A stretch of DNA of 64,000 nt from a virus (lineage: Duplodnaviria; Caudoviricetes), in IMG/VR virus record IMGVR_UViG_3300028833_000053, one strand, 5' to 3'. Position 1 is the stretch's first letter. The number at the start of each line of letters is the position of its first letter. The translations under genes and the position numbers were made by a program. Positions 1-9,063 of this stretch are shown here, one piece after another. Below the pieces are notes generated by a model. That model made no database searches. It was given only the letters and a program-made list of their open reading frames with translations, and was not told the origin of the DNA.

Positions 1-283
1 AGTCCCTCTTGTACTCTGTCTCCCTTCCATCAACTTTCTCCATGAAAAGGTAGAGAAGCTGGATTGCCACGAAGTTCAACTTGCTGTCAAAGGTGGAAGT
101 GTCCTCCCACTCCCATCCGAACTGATGCTTTCCGTTCTTGTTCGGAATCTCGTATGACATCCAGTCCTCCTCGAACTTGGCATGGTCGTACATGATTCCA
201 AATGTGTCGTCCGTACCTTCCTTCACAATCACGATGAAGGAAGAGGAACTTGAATTGCTGACGTAATCTCCACGAATCTTCAT
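1..283 (-). CDS. Partial phage protein with N-terminal MKIRxDYVSNSSSSSF motif (runs off the window start)
   Basis: Manual translation from ATG at 283: MKIRGDYVSNSSSSSFIVIVKEG..., open to base 1; paralogous N-terminus to 284-673. Confidence 0.75.
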   Translation of the reverse strand, partial: MKIRGDYVSNSSSSSFIVIVKEGTDDTFGIMYDHAKFEEDWMSYEIPNKNGKHQFGWEWEDTSTFDSKLNFVAIQLLYLFMEKVDGRETEYKRD

Positions 284-673
284 TTAGCACTCCCGTCCAC
301 CATCAACATGACAGGCAATCTTGCAGTCCTTGCCGGTGAGCTTCTTGAGCAAGTCCTTGATGCGCTTCTCAAAGTCCTTCTTGGTCTCGTTGGGCTTCAT
401 GTCGGCATAGCCCAAGCCAATGCAGTACTCATCGTAGTATTCCTCAATGCCCCTGCAGAAGCGAAGGTCTGGGAACTTGTCCTCAAGGGCTTCAGCCAGC
501 TCGTAGGTATCCCAGTCATCGTAGTTGTCCTCCTCACCATCCTCCTTATGGTAATCTGACTTCACCTTGTTCAACTTCGCCATTTCAACAATGGCGTCGG
601 TTCCAAATTCACTGCCAACCACCATGAAGGAGCTGGAGCTGCTGTTGCTCACATAATCTATTCGGATTTTCAT
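284..673 (-). CDS. Phage protein with N-terminal MKIRIDYVSNSSSSSF motif
   Basis: ORF track 284..691; start moved to the ATG at 673 after an AAGGA SD; ends TAA. Confidence 0.8.
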   Translation of the reverse strand: MKIRIDYVSNSSSSSFMVVGSEFGTDAIVEMAKLNKVKSDYHKEDGEEDNYDDWDTYELAEALEDKFPDLRFCRGIEEYYDEYCIGLGYADMKPNETKKDFEKRIKDLLKKLTGKDCKIACHVDGGREC

Positions 674-687
674 TTTGCTTTCCTTTA

Positions 688-852
688 TCAAGCCCTTTTG
701 TCAACAAGTTCTTCAACTATGCCAAGAACTTCAGCGGCGAGAAAACCCACGGCAAGGGGGATTATTGCCCCGGTGTAGATGCACCAGGCACACACCCCTA
801 TCCTCAATAGGGATTTCGCAATGCTCACAAGAAGATGTCCAGTTGAATTCAC
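688..852 (-). CDS. Small membrane protein (54 aa)
   Basis: Manual translation from GTG: MNSTGHLLVSIAKSLLRIGVCAWCIYTGAIIPLAVGFLAAEVLGIVEELVDKRA; AAGGA SD; hydrophobic. Confidence 0.6.
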   Translation of the reverse strand: MNSTGHLLVSIAKSLLRIGVCAWCIYTGAIIPLAVGFLAAEVLGIVEELVDKRA

Positions 853-881
853 GTTGTTTTCCTTTATTGGTTTCTACTATA

Positions 882-2078
882 TTATACCAGATTGTCGTCG
901 TTTTGTAAAGTCATTAGCCTCTTTCGGACGTCGGTTATGACCTTCCCCATGAGGTTCTGACCCCTCCAGTTAGATGAATTCAAAATACCCTCGTCCTTTA
1001 TTCCCATCTTTATGCCCCAAATCCCATCAACTGGAGATGCCTCAACAAAGGTCTTTCCATCAAGTTCCGGGTCAAGCAGCTTCTTTCTGTGGTAGCCACA
1101 CTGCTGAAACCTCGCCAAATTGACTTCAAACATGATATTGTAGCGGACTTCATTCCACTTCTCATCGTCATAGCCCTTGACTTCCCTGCCAAGATGTTTG
1201 CACACCAGGGGGTCGTCATCTTCGTCAAGTATCTTCTGGGCGGTTTCCTCGTCGCCAAAGAACTTCGCCTTTGCCCACATGAAAGCCTGCTCGGTGCAGA
1301 AGAACTCATGCCTTTCGCCATTGAACGTCCAGAGGAACTTGCACCTTGCGAAATTGGACATGAAGCTGCCAAAGAAGAACACGTAGTTGTCAGTCACGCG
1401 ATAGCCATACTCGTACATCTTGTCCATCTTCTGCGGAGGGTCTTTGGACATTGGAGTTTTTCCCAATTCACGAAGTTCATTGAACTTCGCAAGGCGTTCT
1501 TCCCTTGTCCCATAAATGTCACGTTCCACGTTTCCTTTCAAAATGCCAGCATCTTCCAAAGATGCGATCACCTTCTTGAACAAACCATCAATCTCCTTGC
1601 GGTACTCGGCGTCCGTATCCCTGAACTTGTCATCAACTACTTTCACATTTGAGCAGTTGTCAAGGTCAAGGAACACGATTTTGTCGTAGCGTCCCATTTC
1701 CGCACAAAGCCTATCATACATCCCACACAAATCCTCGTACCTGATGTCCCCCAAAAGCCCATGTTGCCAAAGATATGTGGTATAGACATAAGCATCTAAC
1801 GGGGTTCGATCTGTCAAGTAGTTTCCATCTGGCATCTCGTCAATAATGTCAAGCTGCTCAACAAGGGTGTCGAAGATGATGTTTTGGCTTTCCCAATTCC
1901 CGTTCCTGTTTATCTTAAGTCCCTTTTCCTCAATCTTCTTTCGGTAGTCGCAACCAACGGTCTTGAACTCGTTTTCAGTTCCCTTGAACCTTTCAACAAT
2001 GTCCTTGATGAACGTGGACTTTCCAGTGTTTTGCGTCCCAACGACGCCGACGATGAATTTTCCTTCTTGCTTGCTCAT
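882..2078 (-). CDS. P-loop nucleotide kinase/AAA_28-like domain fused to NADAR (YbiA-like) domain
   Basis: Walker A GTQNTGKST and DRTPLD in the N-half; NADAR motifs SNF, EQAFMWAKAKFFGD, KHLGREV, VEASPVDGIWGI, GQNLMGK in the C-half. Confidence 0.85.
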   Translation of the reverse strand: MSKQEGKFIVGVVGTQNTGKSTFIKDIVERFKGTENEFKTVGCDYRKKIEEKGLKINRNGNWESQNIIFDTLVEQLDIIDEMPDGNYLTDRTPLDAYVYTTYLWQHGLLGDIRYEDLCGMYDRLCAEMGRYDKIVFLDLDNCSNVKVVDDKFRDTDAEYRKEIDGLFKKVIASLEDAGILKGNVERDIYGTREERLAKFNELRELGKTPMSKDPPQKMDKMYEYGYRVTDNYVFFFGSFMSNFARCKFLWTFNGERHEFFCTEQAFMWAKAKFFGDEETAQKILDEDDDPLVCKHLGREVKGYDDEKWNEVRYNIMFEVNLARFQQCGYHRKKLLDPELDGKTFVEASPVDGIWGIKMGIKDEGILNSSNWRGQNLMGKVITDVRKRLMTLQNDDNLV

Positions 2079-2118
2079 GATGAATTTCCTTTTCATACAA
2101 TTATACACAATGATAAAA

Positions 2119-2127
2119 TGGTAAATA
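2119..2127 (+). promoter_or_regulatory. TGGTAAATA late-promoter-like motif upstream of tagD
   Basis: Same 9-mer recurs just upstream of TAG-containing genes across the window. Confidence 0.65.
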
Positions 2128-2176
2128 TCAACAGGCTAAAAACGAGAAGAAAACCTGTATAAAAGGATAATGAAAT

Positions 2177-2584
2177 ATGAAAGAAAGCAAAAACGTCATA
2201 ACATACGGGACATTTGACTTGTTCCACGTTGGGCATCTCAGGCTTCTGAAAAGATGCAAGGAATTGTGCGGCCCAAATGGAAAGTTGACGGTTGTTGTCT
2301 CCTCTGACAGGTTCAATTGGGTGGAAAAGCAGAAGAAATGCGTCATTCCAGACTATCAGCGAATGGAAATAGTGGCCGCGATAAAATACGTTGACAAGGT
2401 TCTTCTTGAAGAGTCCTGGGAACAGAAGGAAAAAGACATCGTGGAAAACAACATAGACATCTTCGTTATGGGAAACGATTGGGAAGGGAAATTCGACAAC
2501 CTCAAGAAACTTTGCCAAGTTGTATACCTTCCAAGAACGGAGGGAATCTCATCATCGCAATTAAAATAGACAATCCATCAATGA
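2177..2584 (+). CDS. tagD: Glycerol-3-phosphate cytidylyltransferase (TAG at 2567 read through to TGA at 2582-2584)
   Basis: TYGTFDLFHVGH (HXGH) and RTEGISSS signature motifs. Confidence 0.9.
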
Positions 2585-2636
2585 TGTTGATCATACGAAC
2601 ATAAACTTGTCAATCTTCGGCAATTTTCCATTCATG

Positions 2637-3092
2637 TCAGATTCCCTTGTTTGCCCGTTTTGCTCCAGATACCCGTTCCAGATATTCTGAATATCCCTTC
2701 TTCCAGTTCTCCAATGGCTCGTCCTTGTGGCGGTTGTAGAACTCCATCATCCACCTTTTCGTCAGGTAAATCCTGTCATAGTGACGCAAAGGGTTTTCAA
2801 AATACGTTGACGGTGATAAATAGAAGTCACGTTCCTCAACACTCTCAATGTTGTGTTCAAGGTATCGGCGCTGCTCCCAGTATTTCATGTTTTCAATGAG
2901 TTTAGCCCCTAGTTGATACCCAGGACACCCACATCCACCTGTGTCGCCATACTGTCCGCCCTGCAATACATAATATCTGTCAGTGCGGATGTCCTCAAAC
3001 CAGTCATCCTGTTCCGCCGATTTGCCTATCAATGGCAATACCCCAATAGCGGCTATTGCGCCTATGAAATTCCGTCTTGTTGTCTTTTCCAT
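2637..3092 (-). CDS. Hypothetical protein with twin-arginine (Tat)-like signal; paralog of 3113-3544
   Basis: MEKTTRRNFIGAIAAIGVLPL; shared core DIRxDRYYxLxGGQYxDTGGxGCPG. Confidence 0.75.
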   Translation of the reverse strand: MEKTTRRNFIGAIAAIGVLPLIGKSAEQDDWFEDIRTDRYYVLQGGQYGDTGGCGCPGYQLGAKLIENMKYWEQRRYLEHNIESVEERDFYLSPSTYFENPLRHYDRIYLTKRWMMEFYNRHKDEPLENWKKGYSEYLERVSGAKRANKGI

Positions 3093-3112
3093 GTAAATCC
3101 CCTCGTAGGCAA

Positions 3113-3544
3113 TTATACTTTCTGGATGGACTTCAGATACTGGTCGTATTTCCTCTCCCAGTCCTCTTTCGTCTCGTTCTTGTGAAGGTTGTAGAACTTC
3201 ATGAGCCAATCTCGCTTCAACTGAATTTTACCAAACTGCTTCGCGTTGTCTGGACCGAAATACCCAGACACTTCAAGGTAGAAACCTTTGCCCTCAACAT
3301 TGTCTATCCATCTGTCAAGCATGTTGTAGCACTTCTGCAAATCCATTTCCTTGACAGTCCCAATTCCCAGTTCAACTCCAGGGCATCCAATTCCACCCGT
3401 ATCCTTGTATTGTCCGCCCTTGAGGATGTAGTATCGGTCAACGCGGATGTCCTGAAACTCGTCCTTCTTGGTTGCTGAACCAATGGCTGGCACTGCAATC
3501 ACGCCAACCAATGTCCCTATGAAATTCCTTCTTGTTGTCATCAT
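3113..3544 (-). CDS. Hypothetical protein with Tat-like signal; paralog of 2637-3092
   Basis: MMTTRRNFIGTLVGVIAVPAIGSA; AGGAG SD. Confidence 0.75.
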   Translation of the reverse strand: MMTTRRNFIGTLVGVIAVPAIGSATKKDEFQDIRVDRYYILKGGQYKDTGGIGCPGVELGIGTVKEMDLQKCYNMLDRWIDNVEGKGFYLEVSGYFGPDNAKQFGKIQLKRDWLMKFYNLHKNETKEDWERKYDQYLKSIQKV

Positions 3545-3578
3545 CTTGTGTAATCTCCTTGTAGGCAATTATATCCTA

Positions 3579-3767
3579 TTAGTGGATAAGCCTGTTGTAG
3601 TCGCTGTCTGAAAGATTGCTGAGCCAGTCTCTTGCTTCGTCTATCCGTCTCTGAAGTCCAGTTGGGATTGGCTTTCCCCGCCTCGTCAGCATTTCATGTT
3701 CAATCGCGGAAGACATCCAATTGTCGAATCCAGTATCAAAGTCATCGTTGGTTTTCTTCATTGGCAT
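3579..3767 (-). CDS. Small hypothetical protein
   Basis: ORF with AAGGAG SD in a tightly packed minus-strand array. Confidence 0.55.
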   Translation of the reverse strand: MPMKKTNDDFDTGFDNWMSSAIEHEMLTRRGKPIPTGLQRRIDEARDWLSNLSDSDYNRLIH

Positions 3768-3963
3768 TCTCCTTCAAATAGTCATAGTAGTTCTTCGCAT
3801 CCAATGGATTGTCAAGCAATCCATATCTTGTCCTGCAATCTTCCGGTGGTTTCCACCCAATGTCCTTTCCAACAAAGCATACTGGAACATCTTCTGGCTT
3901 AATGTAGATAACCCTCGGTTCACTTGACGTCCGCCATTCCTTGATTGTCCATTCATCGTCCAT
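3742..3963 (-). CDS. Small hypothetical protein
   Basis: Abuts upstream gene; operon packing. Confidence 0.5.
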   Translation of the reverse strand: MDDEWTIKEWRTSSEPRVIYIKPEDVPVCFVGKDIGWKPPEDCRTRYGLLDNPLDAKNYYDYLKENANEENQR

Positions 3964-3966
3964 ACA

Positions 3967-4767
3967 TCAACCCTCCAGCCATTTGTTGTCAATGACGTAG
4001 AACAGAATCAACGCAATTATTGTTAGGGGAATCCAACCCACCCAGAACAAGACATACGGCCAGAGCATATCCGTCCCTGTTTTCCTGTAGTCCTCGATGC
4101 CCATTCCAACAAGCGAGGCGTTCCCGACAAAACTCTTGTTGCGAAGGTCCGCGAATATGGTTGCCGTGAAACCGTCCTTCATGGTGTAGACAACATCGCG
4201 CTCGTTTTTGAACAAGCCGCCGCCAACCACAGTCTCCTCTTCGTGTGCGCAACCATAGTTGAACTTGCCATAGGGGAATTCCGAGCCACAGAACACCACC
4301 CTCGGCGAATTCGTAGTTGAAGTCCTTACGGTGTCCCATGACCAATAGGTTTCCGTCCTGTGGTGGACATGGGGCCGTCCCTTTGAATCGTATGTGGTGT
4401 ATGTCACAACCCTTGTGTGCATCTGATACCTCTGATGCCTGACGTGGATTCTGAGATACTCCCCCTTCACCAACTTGCTTGTCACGGGAGTCACCGCAAA
4501 CAGCTTTCCACGCACAAAGGCGTGTCCAACGTCAGTGTCCATCGCATGACGGAACTCACTCTCGCTTTGGATTGCCACCGCCTGACGGTACTTCAAGGTG
4601 ACATCATCAACCTTCTTGTCGATTGCGGAGTAGACAAGAAAGCCAATGAACGAGAAGATTCCAACAATTAGCAGGGAGAACAGGACTTCACGCAACGTGA
4701 TTTCCCAGTCAATGCAGTCAATCAAAACGATTGGCTTTTTCTTCTTGTCGTTATTGCAATATCCCAT
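3967..4767 (-). CDS. Membrane protein with two terminal TM helices and a soluble loop domain
   Basis: Hydrophobic segments near both termini; near the LemA gene. Confidence 0.75.
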   Translation of the reverse strand: MGYCNNDKKKKPIVLIDCIDWEITLREVLFSLLIVGIFSFIGFLVYSAIDKKVDDVTLKYRQAVAIQSESEFRHAMDTDVGHAFVRGKLFAVTPVTSKLVKGEYLRIHVRHQRYQMHTRVVTYTTYDSKGRPHVHHRTETYWSWDTVRTSTTNSPRVVFCGSEFPYGKFNYGCAHEEETVVGGGLFKNERDVVYTMKDGFTATIFADLRNKSFVGNASLVGMGIEDYRKTGTDMLWPYVLFWVGWIPLTIIALILFYVIDNKWLEG

Positions 4768-4778
4768 ATCCTCTCACC

Positions 4779-5273
4779 TCATTGATACATGTCTGGAATT
4801 CCATTCAAATCAATTTCCGAATCCAGATTCAGTTTGGACTCGCCCTTCTCAACCCAGGTATTTCCAACCTTGTCAACAAGTTCCCAATGCTTCTTCTCAA
4901 TGTAGAACTCATGCCTGATTTCAGCAAGTCTGTCCAAGAACCTACGCTTCACAAGGTTCATGTCCTTGGTCTTGACATGGAGGTTGAAGCAGTCTGTCCT
5001 CTGACCATCTTCCCCAATCACGGATTCAAGCGCGATTGACACAAGTTTCCTTGGGATGTTCCATGCGGACGCAATCGTGTTGTGGTTGGAGCGGCGCAGT
5101 TCATCACGCGAAAATGGGTCAGCATACCCCCAAAACCCATCGTCATCCAGAACCAGGTTGAGGTATGAACTGACCAACTGCGCGTACAGTTCCTCAAGGG
5201 TGGATGCAGAAGTCCATCCAAATTCACGGACGACTTCTGCATCAAGCGCGTCTATGTCAATCGTAGATGCCAT
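4779..5273 (-). CDS. Hypothetical protein
   Basis: 164-aa ORF overlapping the LemA stop. Confidence 0.65.
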   Translation of the reverse strand: MASTIDIDALDAEVVREFGWTSASTLEELYAQLVSSYLNLVLDDDGFWGYADPFSRDELRRSNHNTIASAWNIPRKLVSIALESVIGEDGQRTDCFNLHVKTKDMNLVKRRFLDRLAEIRHEFYIEKKHWELVDKVGNTWVEKGESKLNLDSEIDLNGIPDMYQ

Positions 5274-5815
5274 TAGAACAATTCAAGTGGCTTGGTGTCG
5301 CGCTGGGAGACTTCCGCCTCGTACATATCGTACTGCTTCACAACATACCCGGTGAGGGAGAGGAAGAAGGACGTGGGGAACTTGCGGCAATGGTAGCGGT
5401 AGTCGCGCACGGACTCGTTGTAGGCTTTCTTGTGCTGCGCCAGAGTGTTCTCGGTGATGGAGATGTCGTTCATCAAGTGCTGATAGTTCTTCTGGGACTT
5501 CAGCTCAGGATAACGCTCCTCAACACGGGAGAAAGCGGCGATGCACTGCTTGGCTTCCGTTCCGCTCATGTTCTTTCCACGGGCTTCAATGACCTTGACG
5601 AGCGTGTTGTACTCATGCTCATCGTACTTCTTGACGCAGGCCGCAAGCTCGTGGAGCTTGTTGAACCTGTTTGAGAGCTGAACGTCAATTCCGGACTTGG
5701 CGGTATTGACCTGCTCTTCAAGGTTGATGGCTCCGTTCTTGCTGGACATGACCATGCAGAGAGCCATTAGACCAATGCCGACGATTGCGGCGAGTGTTAT
5801 TAGTGCTGCTTTCAT
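5273..5815 (-). CDS. lemA: LemA family protein
   Basis: N-terminal TM helix; IDVQLxNR, ERYPELKSQKNY, EN...YNESVRDY...KFPTSFF pattern. Confidence 0.85.
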   Translation of the reverse strand: MKAALITLAAIVGIGLMALCMVMSSKNGAINLEEQVNTAKSGIDVQLSNRFNKLHELAACVKKYDEHEYNTLVKVIEARGKNMSGTEAKQCIAAFSRVEERYPELKSQKNYQHLMNDISITENTLAQHKKAYNESVRDYRYHCRKFPTSFFLSLTGYVVKQYDMYEAEVSQRDTKPLELF

Positions 5816-5842
5816 TTTTGTTTTTCTCCTGTTGTTTGTTCA

Positions 5843-6286
5843 TCAATAAGAATAGCGGTTGCCCTTTTTCAGATTGCACGGAGCGCAGAGCATCTGCAGG
5901 TTGTCGAACGTAGTAGTTCCACCCTTGGAATAGGGAACGATGTGGTCTCCGTGCATTTCATTGAATTCAAAATGCTTCTTGCAATGGGGACAAATCCCGG
6001 CCTGTTCACTGTATTTCCTCATGCGCATTTCCTTTGAGAAGTACCTGGGTTGGGGATTCTTCACCGTGGGAGTTGCCTTGCAAGGGCAAGATTCGTAGTG
6101 GATTACGGAAACACCTGCGCTTGTACGCGAACGCACTTCAAGGTATTGATGTCCATCGGACTCAAACACAACGTGGTCGTAGCCGTCCCATGACCAACTC
6201 TTGATTATCCTTGCTGGCGAGTATGTGGTTTGGGCAAACGCCCAACCAATGAACAGCAATGACACTGCCATCAGGACTTTCTTCAT
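5843..6286 (-). CDS. HNH endonuclease with predicted N-terminal signal peptide
   Basis: MKKVLMAVSLLFIGWAFA; C-terminal CPHC...GDHIVPYSKGG...NLQMLCAPCNLKKG. Confidence 0.8.
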   Translation of the reverse strand: MKKVLMAVSLLFIGWAFAQTTYSPARIIKSWSWDGYDHVVFESDGHQYLEVRSRTSAGVSVIHYESCPCKATPTVKNPQPRYFSKEMRMRKYSEQAGICPHCKKHFEFNEMHGDHIVPYSKGGTTTFDNLQMLCAPCNLKKGNRYSY

Positions 6287-6464
6287 TTCAGGTTCCTCCA
6301 TTCACGTATGATGTTTCCAATCTCAAACAGACGTTCCAGGGTTTCCTTTCCACCCGGAAATGCTATCGTTGTTGAAGTACCGTCAATGTGGAACTCCGGT
6401 CTGTTGCAAACGTTGATTTCCCTTGACAGGACTTCCTCAATGCGTTCAATGCACTCTTCCGCCG

Positions 6465-6701
6465 TCATTCGCCACCTCCATTTGAGTATGCGCCCTGTGA
6501 AGGTACGCACATTCCCTTCAACTTGGCAGCTTCCGCTTCCATCGCAGCCTCAAGGTGGTCAATGCAGTTCTCGCAAAGCTCCCAGGTCTTGACAATGTTC
6601 TTGTAGCCAGTCCAGTCCCTGATTTCCCTATAGCACTTGTGCAGATGTTCAAGGGAAACCTCCATCCCACAGCAGTCGCATACGTATATCGTCTTCGTCA
6701 T
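6465..6701 (-). CDS. Small zinc-ribbon-like protein
   Basis: CDCC ... CENC cysteine pairs. Confidence 0.55.
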   Translation of the reverse strand: MTKTIYVCDCCGMEVSLEHLHKCYREIRDWTGYKNIVKTWELCENCIDHLEAAMEAEAAKLKGMCVPSQGAYSNGGGE

Positions 6702-6949
6702 TTCCAGTAATCCTCCTCTTCATCAAAGTCCTCTGGTGGTTCTGGCTTCGCGGTGCCATTGACCTTTGCAATCTTGTAATACTCCCTTGCGAATCCATCC
6801 ACGGCGATCCTCGTTTTGGTGAAATGCGTCACCGTTCCAATCTTCAATGGAAACTTCCTGCTCTCGGAATCAACATAGTACACTATGTCCCCAACTTCAA
6901 GCTTGTTTCCAAACGCATCTTCCGTGACTTGAGGCTTGACATTCTTCAT
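6698..6949 (-). CDS. Small SH3/KOW-like phage protein; paralog of 6964-7209
   Basis: DAFGNKLEVGDIVYY...VTHFTK...AKVNGTAKPE. Confidence 0.7.
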   Translation of the reverse strand: MKNVKPQVTEDAFGNKLEVGDIVYYVDSESRKFPLKIGTVTHFTKTRIAVDGFAREYYKIAKVNGTAKPEPPEDFDEEEDYWK

Positions 6950-6963
6950 TTCAGCTCTCCTCG

Positions 6964-7209
6964 TCATAGTTCTGGTCTTGCAGTTCCATTCACCTTCGCA
7001 AGTCTGTCATAGTCACGCGCTATGCCATCTACTCCAACTTTCCATTTGGTGAAATGCGTGACAAAACCCATTCTGAGTTCATTGTATGTCTTATTGGTGT
7101 AGAGGTAGTACACCACATCCCCGATTTCAAGATGATTCCCGAACTTGTCCCTCTTATTGTGGAATTTGGGTTCAGTGTGCTTGAACTTGTCGTTTCTGCG
7201 CGGGTCCAT
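6964..7209 (-). CDS. Small SH3/KOW-like phage protein; paralog of 6698-6949
   Basis: DKFGNHLEIGDVVYY...VTHFTK...AKVNGTARPE. Confidence 0.7.
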   Translation of the reverse strand: MDPRRNDKFKHTEPKFHNKRDKFGNHLEIGDVVYYLYTNKTYNELRMGFVTHFTKWKVGVDGIARDYDRLAKVNGTARPEL

Positions 7210-7221
7210 TTCAGTTCTCCT

Positions 7222-7506
7222 TCAAGGTTTGTGGTTTATGAGTTTGTCCCTTGTGATTCCCTTTGCCTTGATGGAATAGCAGTTCCTTGCCGGAAACCAA
7301 GTAACGCCAACCCCAATCGGGACGAAATCCCGCTTGCGGACATCAGAAACCACGTTGGAAATGGCGTTCTCAATCTCATCCGGTTTCGCCACTTCAACTT
7401 TCGCGTAATAGTCCCACCCCATGTCCTCCGGTGCGTTGATGATCAACCACACCAAAAATGACACAAGCAGCACAATGAAAACAACCCAGGCTATTATCTT
7501 TCCCAT
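7222..7506 (-). CDS. Small membrane-anchored protein
   Basis: MGKIIAWVVFIVLLVSFLVWLII; AGGAGAACTGAA leader. Confidence 0.65.
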   Translation of the reverse strand: MGKIIAWVVFIVLLVSFLVWLIINAPEDMGWDYYAKVEVAKPDEIENAISNVVSDVRKRDFVPIGVGVTWFPARNCYSIKAKGITRDKLINHKP

Positions 7507-7507
7507 T

Positions 7508-7732
7508 TCAGTTCTCCTTTGCCTTGTAGAATTTTCCATATAGGAAATCAGATGCAAAATACACAATCCCTGCAACAATGGTAAGCGGCCACACCACGCC
7601 AAAAAGGATGCAACGAAACGCATCCCCAATTTCAAATCGTTCCCATTTGACCCTCATGATGATGGCAGATATGATGGTGACGACAATTGGCATTACCGTG
7701 TACATCAATGTACTTAAGATATTGCTGTCCAT
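7508..7732 (-). CDS. Small two-TM membrane protein
   Basis: Two hydrophobic stretches; first gene after the promoter at 7764-7792. Confidence 0.65.
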   Translation of the reverse strand: MDSNILSTLMYTVMPIVVTIISAIIMRVKWERFEIGDAFRCILFGVVWPLTIVAGIVYFASDFLYGKFYKAKEN

Positions 7733-7763
7733 TTCAGTTCTCCTTGATGTTCTCAACGCCTAC

Positions 7764-7792
7764 AGTATACCACATTTCGTGATCAAAGTCAA
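7764..7792 (-). promoter_or_regulatory. Sigma70-type early promoter
   Basis: TTGACT-17 nt-TATACT. Confidence 0.8.
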
Positions 7793-8976
7793 GTACCCTA
7801 CAAAAGAAATGATAAGCACCTTTTAAGTACATCTTCTGAATTCTCGTTCCAGTCTTTCTACCATACAACAAATACCTTATAACCGTATTCTGTTTCAATT
7901 GCCTTGTTCCTGGCTTCGTCCCATTGCCAAACATCTTTCGCTAATTTCGTTGTCTTCCCAGGCATGTGAATAATGCTATCTGACTCGTAAACCAGAGGAT
8001 TAGCGTGCCAATAGTCTCCGTTGAACTCAATTATCCTTCCGGTTGTCTCGTCAAAGAAATCAAAGAACACATATTTGTCAATCTCATGAAGATACTTACC
8101 GAACTCCTTGGGATGTCCATCAAACCAAACCTTATGTGAATTCAATTCTTCATTCTCCATCAGCTTGTTGAACAGTTCCATCGCAACATTGGATTGTCCG
8201 AACTGATTATAACGTTCGTTGTAGTATTCCTCATATTTCTGACGGCCCAATTCTTCTCCATATTTCCTAACAAAAGTAGCCAATGTCAGAGCTTTTCCCT
8301 TGCAGGCATTCTCATACACCTCTCGTCCTTTTTCTTCTCCATACTTGTTTATGAACCAATCCAAAGTCTCAAATCCAATATACTTGTCATGAAATTCCTT
8401 GTGCCGTTGTTTCCCTTCTTCTTCACCATACTTCATAATGAAATACTCAAGGGTGCGCTTTCCCCTCATCTGCTTACATCGTTTCTCGTATAACTCCTGA
8501 CCCTTTTCTTTCCCATATTTCCGAATCAGATTATCCAATGATAAACTCGCCCTACTTGCCTTATGTGCATTCCAGATACGCAAACCATCCGCTTTCCCAT
8601 ATTTTGCGATGCACTTTTCCAATGTCAGATAATGAGTCCTTTTCCCGTTTTCATCTGTGTGGTACTTATCCAAAGTAGCTTCGCGTTTCTCATTCTGCTC
8701 TTCCAATAACCCAACAGCAAACAAAGGTTCGTCAGGAAACTGCTTCTTGTAGTCCTGCATGGTCATATCATGCTTCTTCAGATGAGTATTGGAAATGTTT
8801 CTCAACTTCGCTCCACACACTTTGCAGTGGACAAATGTATGAGTCTTGTCATACACAATGCGTTTCTCCTCTTGGTCTTTCAACCATCTTTTCTAACACG
8901 CTGGTGAAAGTCTGATGTGAGAAGCCACACCTTTCTTGTCCTTACATTCCTTACCACAGTATTCACAGTGTTCCAT
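7789..8976 (-). CDS. Putative homing-type endonuclease: zinc fingers, KYGxxxG repeats and a Vsr/DUF559-like nuclease domain (3 in-frame TAG)
   Basis: Readthrough joins MEHCEYCGKEC...PAC*KRW to ORF 7858..8883 and continues FVVW*KDW to TGA at 7789; FDFFD...IIEFNGDYWH motif. Confidence 0.7.
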
Positions 8977-9063
8977 AATATAATCCTCTCGTCATATATT
9001 ATTTACACAGAAGGTTATGAAAAGTGCGAAGATTATTCACACCTTTCATAACCCTTATTGAAG

